From Candidatus Aldehydirespiratoraceae bacterium (GTDB taxonomy: Bacteria; Actinomycetota; Acidimicrobiia; Acidimicrobiales; Aldehydirespiratoraceae), in NCBI GenBank assembly GCA_965204595.1, contig CBDBEW010000014.1, forward strand, positions 498,872-562,871: a stretch of 64,000 nucleotides of DNA, in the 5' to 3' direction. The position numbers were made by a program, and so were the translations under genes. Shown piece by piece: positions 56,947 to 64,000 of the stretch (the first letter of the stretch is position 1; every line of letters begins with the position of its first letter). The notes under the pieces were generated by a model that was given only the letters and a program-made list of their open reading frames with translations, was not told where the DNA came from and did not search any database.

Positions 56947-59382
56947 ATGTCTATCCACAAAGATTTCGTAACAGGTAAAGCAATCAAGATCAACAAACCC
57001 GAAGAGCGCGTACGACAAGACTATGAGAAACAACTGGTATTGGGATACGGCTATCCAAAAGAACACCTCAATATTGAGGTTTCCATACCGCGAGGCGGCG
57101 ATTTCTTTTCGGAACGAGCCGATCTTGTTATCTACCGGTCTGCTGAAGGACGCGAACCAACAAGTGATATTGAGGGAATTGTAGAGTTCAAGAGACCAGA
57201 GCAAAAAGATGGTATTGCACAATTAAAATCGTATATGACCGCCACTTCAGCAAAATGGGGAGTTTGGACCAACGGTACAGACATACGGTATGTCTGTCGA
57301 GACCCCAGCGACCATTTGCGGTTACTTGATGATTATTTACATAATGTGCCCGCCTATGGGCAGAAAATAAGTGATATTGGTAATCTCACTAAATCGCAAC
57401 TAGTTCCCTTCGAGCGAGCAGAACTCAAAATAATTTTTGGCCGCATACTCAACAAACTGTATGCCAACTCACAACTTGCCCGCAGAGATCAACTTGGCGC
57501 AGAGATGGTTAAGCTAATTTTTGCAAAAATAGAGGATGAAACGACTTTTCCAGATAGGCCACCCGAGTTTCGGGTGCAAGTTGGCGAACCACCAGAAACA
57601 GTCTCGCAACGTATTGAAGCCCTGTTCCAGCGAGTACTTAGTTCCTTTAAGGGAGAGGACATTTTCGCCGAAAACGAATCCATTCACCTAGACCCATCTT
57701 CAACTGCAGAAGTTGTCGGCCAGCTAGAGCGTGGTAGTTTAACGCTAACCGACACCGATGTCGTGGGCGACGCTTTTGAAGTTTTTGCCGAGTCTCGGCT
57801 CGCTGGTGAACGAGGGCAGTTCTTCACTCCACGCGGCGTGGTGAGTCTTGCAGTGTTGCTTACGGATCCTAAGCCAGGCGAAACTGTTTGCGACCCTGCG
57901 TGCGGCTCAGGTGGCTTTTTGATTCGTGCCATGCGCCATATTTGGACACAAATGGACCAAGACCCACAAGGGCAATGGGGAGCGGGGGCGCACCTCGTGG
58001 CACGCAAGAAGCAAATCGCCGCCAAATCTATATATGGCATCGACAAAGAAGTTGACTTGGTGAAAATCGCGAAAGCATATATGGCCATAGCAGGTGATGG
58101 AAGAAGCAATATTCGACGCAACGATTCACTCGCTACCGAGGCAAGTAATTCTGAAAAATTTGATGTGGTACTAACAAACCCACCCTTTGGCACCAAATCA
58201 AAGGTACAAGTTTCATTGAGTAGGAACTTTGAACTTGGATACGCTTGGCAGCCAACAAGCAACGTCTGGCAACAGTGCCAAAACGCGCGTGCTTGTGATC
58301 CTTACATTCTCTTTATTGAACACTGCTTCAATATTGCTAATGAAACAGGTCGCATAGCGATGATCTTGCCCGAAACTGTTTTCCACGCACCCTCACTTGG
58401 TTATGTTCGCCAATACATTTTGCAACATGGCAATGTAAACGCCATTGTTGATCTGCCGCACAACTCGTTCAGGCCTCATTGCAACGCAAAGACTTGCTTG
58501 ATCGTGATCAGCAAGAACTCCGATTCAATCAAAAGTCGCAGAGTGCTGATGGCGACTCCTAAAGAAATGGGTCATGATTTGCAAGGTAAACCACTGCTTC
58601 GCCCTGATAGCGACGAAATTTGGGATGATCTAATGGTAGTTGAACAGGAACTAGTTGACCCCACGCGCATGAGCAACAAACACACATTCGTTGTGGATGC
58701 TAGTGTTCTTGCAGAAAATGATTGTTGGGTTCCAAGGTTCCACCGGGGTTTAAAGTTTCCACAACAAATGCCCCCCGGTTGTAGGGGTGTAACAATTGGT
58801 GAATTAGTAGCAGATCAAACAATTACTGCTTTCGCTGGGCACGGTTCTCCTAGAGCTGCAAAAAAGGGGCTTGGGCCTATTCCATACATTAGGGTAGCAG
58901 ACATCGTTAACTGGGAGGCATACCATAATCCCGTCTCAGGTATCCCTGTTAGCGAAAGGCTGAGACTAAAAGCTGAACAACGTTCGCCACAAGTTGACGA
59001 TATTTTGTTTGTTAGACGTGGTAGTTACCGTATTGGCACTGTTGCCATCGTGGGCCCGCGAGATACCGAAGCAGTCTTGACAAGTGAGTTGCTAACGCTG
59101 CGGGTTAATCCCAACAATTCACATCAAATTACCCCGCCATACTTGCTAGCGATGCTTTCAACTCAGACAGTTCAAGAACAAATACCGCCAAAAGTTTGTG
59201 TAGACACAACCTTACCAAACTTAGGTGATCGTTGGAAAACTATCCTTGTTCCAATACACAACGATAAAAATAAACTGGCGGAAATTAGTAGTACGGCGGA
59301 AGCCATCGTTGCCAATCGTAGTCAAGCATGGCACCACACAGCAAAGCTCACCCAACAGTTAGGTGAGCAAATCACTCAATAA
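56947..59382 (+). CDS. Single-polypeptide restriction-modification enzyme (Type IIG-like): HsdR-N-type PD-(D/E)xK nuclease + N6-adenine methyltransferase + one target-recognition domain
   Basis: PEE.VRQ, RAD.VIY...IVEFK, QLKSY and TNG; GQFFTPR, DPACGSGGF and NPPF; C-terminal PYIRV.DI...DILFVR.G...IG TRD-like region; SD AGGAG. Confidence 0.88.
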   Translation: MSIHKDFVTGKAIKINKPEERVRQDYEKQLVLGYGYPKEHLNIEVSIPRGGDFFSERADLVIYRSAEGREPTSDIEGIVEFKRPEQKDGIAQLKSYMTATSAKWGVWTNGTDIRYVCRDPSDHLRLLDDYLHNVPAYGQKISDIGNLTKSQLVPFERAELKIIFGRILNKLYANSQLARRDQLGAEMVKLIFAKIEDETTFPDRPPEFRVQVGEPPETVSQRIEALFQRVLSSFKGEDIFAENESIHLDPSSTAEVVGQLERGSLTLTDTDVVGDAFEVFAESRLAGERGQFFTPRGVVSLAVLLTDPKPGETVCDPACGSGGFLIRAMRHIWTQMDQDPQGQWGAGAHLVARKKQIAAKSIYGIDKEVDLVKIAKAYMAIAGDGRSNIRRNDSLATEASNSEKFDVVLTNPPFGTKSKVQVSLSRNFELGYAWQPTSNVWQQCQNARACDPYILFIEHCFNIANETGRIAMILPETVFHAPSLGYVRQYILQHGNVNAIVDLPHNSFRPHCNAKTCLIVISKNSDSIKSRRVLMATPKEMGHDLQGKPLLRPDSDEIWDDLMVVEQELVDPTRMSNKHTFVVDASVLAENDCWVPRFHRGLKFPQQMPPGCRGVTIGELVADQTITAFAGHGSPRAAKKGLGPIPYIRVADIVNWEAYHNPVSGIPVSERLRLKAEQRSPQVDDILFVRRGSYRIGTVAIVGPRDTEAVLTSELLTLRVNPNNSHQITPPYLLAMLSTQTVQEQIPPKVCVDTTLPNLGDRWKTILVPIHNDKNKLAEISSTAEAIVANRSQAWHHTAKLTQQLGEQITQ

Positions 59383-59395
59383 GCAGTGCGATCAG

Positions 59396-59469
59396 TGGGC
59401 GCGGAGGGACTTGAACCCCCGACTTCTTCCTTGTAAGGGAAGCGCTCTAGCCGACTGAGCTACGCGCCC
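59396..59469 (-). tRNA. tRNA-Val(TAC), CCA not encoded
   Basis: GGGCGCG TA GCTC AGTCGGCTA GAGC G CTTCC CT-TAC-AA GGAAG AAGTC GGGGG TTCAAGT CCCTC CGCGCCC A folds as a full cloverleaf. Confidence 0.97.
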
Positions 59470-59493
59470 CACAACAAATAGTTTAGGATCAAC

Positions 59494-60294
59494 TTAAAGA
59501 ATCTGGCTGAGAAACAATTTTGTTCTGTCTTCGGTTGGGTTTTCAAAAAAGTGTTCGGGTGTGCCAACCTCCACGATTTCCCCATCAGCCATGAACACCA
59601 CCCGGTCGGCAACTTCGCGAGCGAAACCCATCTCGTGAGTTACGCATATCATCGTCATGCCCTCACTAGCCAAGTCCTTCATGGTGTCGAGCACTTCTTT
59701 GATCATTTCGGGATCTAGTGCTGAGGTGGGTTCATCAAAAAGCATCACCTTAGGTTTCATTGCCAAAGCCCGAGCAATGGCAACCCTTTGCTGTTGACCA
59801 CCAGAAAGTTGCCCTGGATACTTCCGTGCCTGTTCAGGAATTTGCACACGCTCAAGCAACTCCATTGCCGTAGCTTCAGCTTCAGCTTTAGGTAGGTTGC
59901 GCACGTTGCGCGGTGCTAAGGTAATGTTGTCGATCACCGAGAGGTGCGGAAACAAATTAAAGCTCTGAAACACCATTCCAGTTTCACGCCGAACACTTTG
60001 AGTAGCTTTTATATCGTCTGAAAGTTCAATACCGTCTACAATGATCGTTCCTTTGTCGTGACGCTCCAACCTGTTGATGCAGCGAATCAAAGTTGATTTA
60101 CCCGAACCCGAAGGACCAATCACCACCACGACTTCGCGCTCCCCTACCGACATATTGATATTGGTGAGAGCCTGAAAAGCACCAAAATACTTATCCACAT
60201 CTCGTAATTGGATGATTAACTTGCCTTTACCAGCAATTTTTGTGGCATCCGCATAGACACTAACGGGTTGTGACTGTGTGATTTGTGTTTTCAC
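59494..60294 (-). CDS. Polar amino-acid ABC ATP-binding subunit (AapP/BztD-like)
   Basis: [34 protein letters not shown] and [12 protein letters not shown]. Confidence 0.95.
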   Translation of the reverse strand: MKTQITQSQPVSVYADATKIAGKGKLIIQLRDVDKYFGAFQALTNINMSVGEREVVVVIGPSGSGKSTLIRCINRLERHDKGTIIVDGIELSDDIKATQSVRRETGMVFQSFNLFPHLSVIDNITLAPRNVRNLPKAEAEATAMELLERVQIPEQARKYPGQLSGGQQQRVAIARALAMKPKVMLFDEPTSALDPEMIKEVLDTMKDLASEGMTMICVTHEMGFAREVADRVVFMADGEIVEVGTPEHFFENPTEDRTKLFLSQIL

Positions 60295-60325
60295 GATCCT
60301 TTACCTTTCAGACTTAGGTGAGTTT

Positions 60326-61783
60326 TCAAAGTTGTTGGCCGAGGTTTTGATTTGTCCCTGCACCCAGACGAGTTTCAAGACGTCGGCTTTCCTTAGACAT
60401 AGTGTATGCCACCGCCCAAAATGCAACGGCTACAAAGGTCAAGGTTACACCTGACAAACCCAGACCAAGAAACTCGGTCTGGCTATTCGATACCCTTGAA
60501 CCGTGTAACATTTCTAGGATTTTGAGGATTGATAGCAAGGTGGTGTCTTTGAACAGGGAAATAAACTGCCCAACCATCGCTGGTATGACCGCACGAAGGG
60601 CTTGTGGCAAAACAATAAGTCTTTGAATCTTGATTGGAGACAAACCAGAAGCTTGCGCCGCTTCTACTTGACCAACTGGCACAGACTGAAGCCCCCCACG
60701 AACGATCTCCGCAATGTATGCTGCCGAAAATGCAATGAGCACAATCATGCATCGGGTTACTAAATCAGGCACAACAATACTGCGTGGAAAAAGAAGTGGA
60801 ATCATCCAGGCTGCGAAAAACAGCAGTGTAATTAATGGCACCCCCCGACAAAACTCAATGAACACAACACAAATAGTTTTAATGATCGGCATTTTGGATG
60901 ATCGACCTAGTGCCAAACAAAGGCCAATTGGGAATCCAGAGGATATGCCAATCACGGTTACAAACAGATTCAGATGGAAACCCGTCCAGGTGTCCCAGCC
61001 ATAACCATCAAAACCAATAGCGATCATGGTTTGCCACACCACCACACCTGCAGCTAGACCAGCAAATCGTGCAACTGCAGTTGCATTTTGGTGTTTGCTC
61101 TCAAGAGTGTGGCGAACCTCAAATAACGTCCAGGTGCCAATCAAGCCACCTACTGATAACGCACCGAGTCCTGATGTGCCAGACAAAACCACAAATGAAC
61201 TCAAACCAACCAATCCAGCAAGGAACAAGCCGCGATGTGTAACCGTTGGTTCAATGCGTCTAGCCAATTCACGGCTCACAACAAACACACTTAAAGCACT
61301 AACCAACAAGAGGTAGGGCAACACACCACGGGTGAACGACAGAAAGAAAATCAGCAACGCAACTAACGTCCAGAACCGACGCAGCAAATCTAGCCACGAG
61401 TGTTGTTCTACCGCGAGGCCTTTTGCTTGTGCCTCAGTTTGAGCCGAGCACCACAAAACTCCCGAAGCAATGCCAAAGCAGCACAACATTGAGTGTCCTG
61501 CGACCCACAGTCGCCAAAGTTGATCACGAGGAAACCCACCAACCAAGAAAAGTGTCAAGTTTTTGCGAATAATCGCGAAGTCAGCCGCAAGTAACCAACT
61601 AATCAAACTGTTAATCAAGAAACTCAGACCAATGATGATCAGAAAAGTTAATACAATGTTGTACCAAGTATTGAAGAGATTTCTATTTATCCAAGAATCT
61701 TTAAATGAGAGTTCACGCCCTTTAGTCGGCAAAGCTCTAGACCGAATCTTGTCTAAGGCGAATCTGCGCTTGTCAAACATCAT
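60326..61783 (-). CDS. Amino-acid ABC permease (AapM/BztC-like)
   Basis: NLF.TWYN..LT, RGVPLITLLF, AY.AE.VRGGLQ...GQ.EAA and FISLFKDT. Confidence 0.92.
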   Translation of the reverse strand: MMFDKRRFALDKIRSRALPTKGRELSFKDSWINRNLFNTWYNIVLTFLIIIGLSFLINSLISWLLAADFAIIRKNLTLFLVGGFPRDQLWRLWVAGHSMLCCFGIASGVLWCSAQTEAQAKGLAVEQHSWLDLLRRFWTLVALLIFFLSFTRGVLPYLLLVSALSVFVVSRELARRIEPTVTHRGLFLAGLVGLSSFVVLSGTSGLGALSVGGLIGTWTLFEVRHTLESKHQNATAVARFAGLAAGVVVWQTMIAIGFDGYGWDTWTGFHLNLFVTVIGISSGFPIGLCLALGRSSKMPIIKTICVVFIEFCRGVPLITLLFFAAWMIPLLFPRSIVVPDLVTRCMIVLIAFSAAYIAEIVRGGLQSVPVGQVEAAQASGLSPIKIQRLIVLPQALRAVIPAMVGQFISLFKDTTLLSILKILEMLHGSRVSNSQTEFLGLGLSGVTLTFVAVAFWAVAYTMSKESRRLETRLGAGTNQNLGQQL

Positions 61784-63051
61784 GCGACTGGTATTTTTAA
61801 TCGACGATTGATAAGGTTACCCACAAGCGACAACATCAAAGATATCCACAAATAAGTTGACATGAGCACTAACAATAATTGAGGTGCAGGTTGAGATTGG
61901 CCAAACAAATTATTGACTATTGAGGTGAGCTCCGGGAATCCGATCGCAACGGCCAAAGAAGAATTTTTGGCGTAGTTGAGGAACTGATTGATTAAAGCTG
62001 GAAAAGCTATACGGAAAGCTTGGGGTAGCACCACAAATCGATACCGCTGAAAACCACTCAGAGCCAGCGCGTGCGAAGCTTCAGTTTGGCCTTTGCTTAC
62101 CGCCAAGATACTGCCACGAAGGATCTCCGCGATATGTGATGAAGTGTAAATTGCCAACGCCAACATCACCGCTACATAGGGCATTTGCATTCGAAAGCCA
62201 CCACTCCAAACGCGCTCACTCACAATGGTCTTAGAAAACTCAAATGGCCCTTGTAGAACAAAGTAAAAAACGCAGCACAATGTCGCTAAGGTAGCTGTTG
62301 ACCACAAGACACGGCGGTGCGGTGTTCCATAATTGTTAAAAACCCAAGTACGCCAAATCCAGACACCAACGGCCGCCAACACGCTTAGCACAAAAATAAT
62401 TTGGTAGAGACCAAACAAGTCCAAACTCACCACTGATGGGAAAGCAAATCTACTGTTGCTAAAGATAAACCACCCACCAAACGGTCGCCAAACACCCTCA
62501 GCAGAAGCACCCTGTGCCGCAGGAAATTGCAAAAAAGCCGCACCCCAGACAAAAACAATTATGATCAAAGGCGGAATATTCCTGAACGATTCGACATACA
62601 CAGTCGCTAATTTGCGAACTAAATAGTTAGCCGACAAACGTGCGATCCCAACGAAAGTGCCTATGGCAACCGATAAGGGTATACCCAGCAGAATAATCAA
62701 AAAGGTGTTTTTCGTTGCTTGCACCAAAATAACCGAGATCGAAGAGTTCGGGTTAGTGGGATTATCAGCGATTGAGATTTGAGCTGGTTGGCTCAAGAAA
62801 CTAAAGCTCAAATTCATGCCAATATCGTCTGTTCGTTGGCGAAAGTTTGACCAGAGCCACGAAACAACAACGATGATCAAACCGAGAGCCAATATTTGAG
62901 CAGCCCAAGTCAGCACTTTTCGGTCTCGCCAAACGGGGGGACGGTCAAAGGATTGGCGCCCACTGATGAGATCAACAAACGCCCGTGTACCAACGAAAAC
63001 TAGTGCCATCAACAGCAACACAACTGCTAATAGAAATAATCTACTGAGCAT
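61780..63051 (-). CDS. Amino-acid ABC permease (AapQ/BztB-like)
   Basis: GIARLS.N, YVE.FRN.P, AEI.R..I.AV.KGQ.EA and KNSSLA.AIG. Confidence 0.92.
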   Translation of the reverse strand: MLSRLFLLAVVLLLMALVFVGTRAFVDLISGRQSFDRPPVWRDRKVLTWAAQILALGLIIVVVSWLWSNFRQRTDDIGMNLSFSFLSQPAQISIADNPTNPNSSISVILVQATKNTFLIILLGIPLSVAIGTFVGIARLSANYLVRKLATVYVESFRNIPPLIIIVFVWGAAFLQFPAAQGASAEGVWRPFGGWFIFSNSRFAFPSVVSLDLFGLYQIIFVLSVLAAVGVWIWRTWVFNNYGTPHRRVLWSTATLATLCCVFYFVLQGPFEFSKTIVSERVWSGGFRMQMPYVAVMLALAIYTSSHIAEILRGSILAVSKGQTEASHALALSGFQRYRFVVLPQAFRIAFPALINQFLNYAKNSSLAVAIGFPELTSIVNNLFGQSQPAPQLLLVLMSTYLWISLMLSLVGNLINRRLKIPVA

Positions 63052-63117
63052 CTAGTGACCACTCCCTCTTGGTGAACACCACCCCTGCTGGCACTTTAGT
63101 ACAGAAAATATGCACAA

Positions 63118-63159
63118 GGCGACCCCGCTAGATCATTCAACAGACCTAGCGGGGTCGCC
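63118..63159 (-). terminator. Strong intercistronic hairpin between the binding-protein and permease genes (partial terminator / mRNA stabiliser)
   Basis: Perfect 14-bp inverted repeat GGCGACCCCGCTAG (63118-63131) / CTAGCGGGGTCGCC (63146-63159), extendable by 3 bp on the minus strand; only a short TTGT tail. Confidence 0.7.
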
Positions 63160-63185
63160 CCTAAAGGATTTTTTCGAGTGTGGAA

Positions 63186-64000
63186 CTACCGGAATGGCGG
63201 CACGTACATCAAGCCACCGTTGGTCCACAATGCGTTGGGTCCTCTTTCAAGGCCTAACGGTGCTAGGTGACGTTCATAGATCTCACCGTAGTTTCCAACT
63301 TGACTGATAATGTTCTGTGCAAAATTACTCGGGAGTCCCAAGCCAACTTCAACGACTTCGCCTTTAATGGGGAGACCAAGGAATAGACGGATATTGGTGC
63401 TCTCGTCATCAAGAAATTCGCTCAAGTTGGCCGATGTGATTCCAAACTCTTCAGCTTGAACGGTAGCCATAGTGGCCCAGTTGACAACTTGAGCCCATTG
63501 AGTATCACCATCAGCCACCACCGGTCCAAGTGGTTCTTTAGAAATAATGTCACCAAGAACACGAGTTGGGATGTTTAGGCTTGCTGAGAACGCTGCCAAC
63601 TGGGAAGCATCGGAAGTCCAAACCTCGCACTGGCGTTGAGAGAAAGCTGGCTGAAGTTCATCATTGGATTGGAATTCTACTGGTGTGAACGGTACTCCGA
63701 GATCACCAAGGATTGCGTTCAAATTGAGCAGAGTTGTGGTACCTTGCAACACACAAATATTGGTGTTGGCCATGTCTGGGATGTTGTTGATGTCGCTATC
63801 GCCGTGAACCATGAAACCTTGACCGTCATAGAATGTTGTGAACATGAAGTTAGCTTGTTCATTGCCGTCACGGCTAGCAGTCCAGGTGGTGTTGCGAACC
63901 ATAAGGTCAACATTGCCTGACTGCAAAGTCGGGAACCTCTGGGCAGCATCAAGCGGGGTGTAGTCGACAGCGTCAGCATCCCCAAGTACCGCTGCGGCCA
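63186..64000 (-). CDS. Amino-acid ABC substrate-binding protein (AapJ/BztA-like), 3' part; 5' end outside window
   Basis: Frame is open to the window edge (AAAVLGD...RF..LQSG.VD...RNTTWT.SRD); YDGQGFMV, ISKEPLGP, VGNYGEIY and N.LW..GGL.Y.PPFR. Confidence 0.94.
   Translation of the reverse strand, partial: AAAVLGDADAVDYTPLDAAQRFPTLQSGNVDLMVRNTTWTASRDGNEQANFMFTTFYDGQGFMVHGDSDINNIPDMANTNICVLQGTTTLLNLNAILGDLGVPFTPVEFQSNDELQPAFSQRQCEVWTSDASQLAAFSASLNIPTRVLGDIISKEPLGPVVADGDTQWAQVVNWATMATVQAEEFGITSANLSEFLDDESTNIRLFLGLPIKGEVVEVGLGLPSNFAQNIISQVGNYGEIYERHLAPLGLERGPNALWTNGGLMYVPPFR

Noticed and set aside
56860-59469. Integrative element or prophage at tRNA-Val
   Set aside because: There is no integrase and no duplicated tRNA 3' end that I could find. 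The TTCGACTC near 56860 is too short to call a tRNA remnant.
421-63985. Numerous 60-190 aa alternative-frame and antisense ORFs in the six-frame track
   Set aside because: They lie within well-supported genes, mostly as antisense mirror frames, and lack recognisable motifs or translation signals.

Overview
A gene-dense chromosomal segment from an Actinomycetota, most likely an Acidimicrobiia-like lineage. This is inferred from the gene content (MtrAB-like system with a GerMN lipoprotein, DUF3040, Rv2191-like nuclease, MenJ-like reductase, PimB-like GT4) and from many leaderless TANNNT-N6-7-start promoters. GC is only moderate: four spot-checked lines gave about 37-52%. From left to right it holds the 5' end of gltB; a trkH-trkH'-trkA / formyl-THF cyclo-ligase / Na+-PPase run; menB, ung and a menJ-like gene; ald with its Lrp regulator; and a two-gene molybdoenzyme complex (FeS-NrfD fusion plus a TAT-less catalytic subunit). 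Divergent from that complex is a 10-gene Liv-type ABC + acyl-CoA ligase + Atu-like carboxylase operon. Next come ROK, MoxR-DUF58-transglutaminase, DUF3040, a ppm1-like gene, a two-component system, pfkA, glpK, the SRPBCC-GT4-queG-small Cys protein / DEDD-GIY-YIG-trpD block, RNase P RNA, csp, a stand-alone homocysteine methyltransferase, a 4CL-like ligase and a COG0523 GTPase. The window ends with a single-chain Type IIG-like restriction-modification gene abutting tRNA-Val(TAC) and an Aap/Bzt amino-acid ABC transporter. No CRISPR array, transposase, integrase or prophage was seen. The most notable items are an RNase P RNA lacking P18 with a triply co-varied P4; three copies of a TGTCAC-N10-(-10) PafBC-like DNA-damage promoter motif (one before the R-M gene, one driving a tiny 4-Cys protein upstream of queG); a TrkH paralog with an altered filter and gate beside a Na+-PPase; and the uncharacterised cytoplasm-facing Mo enzyme.
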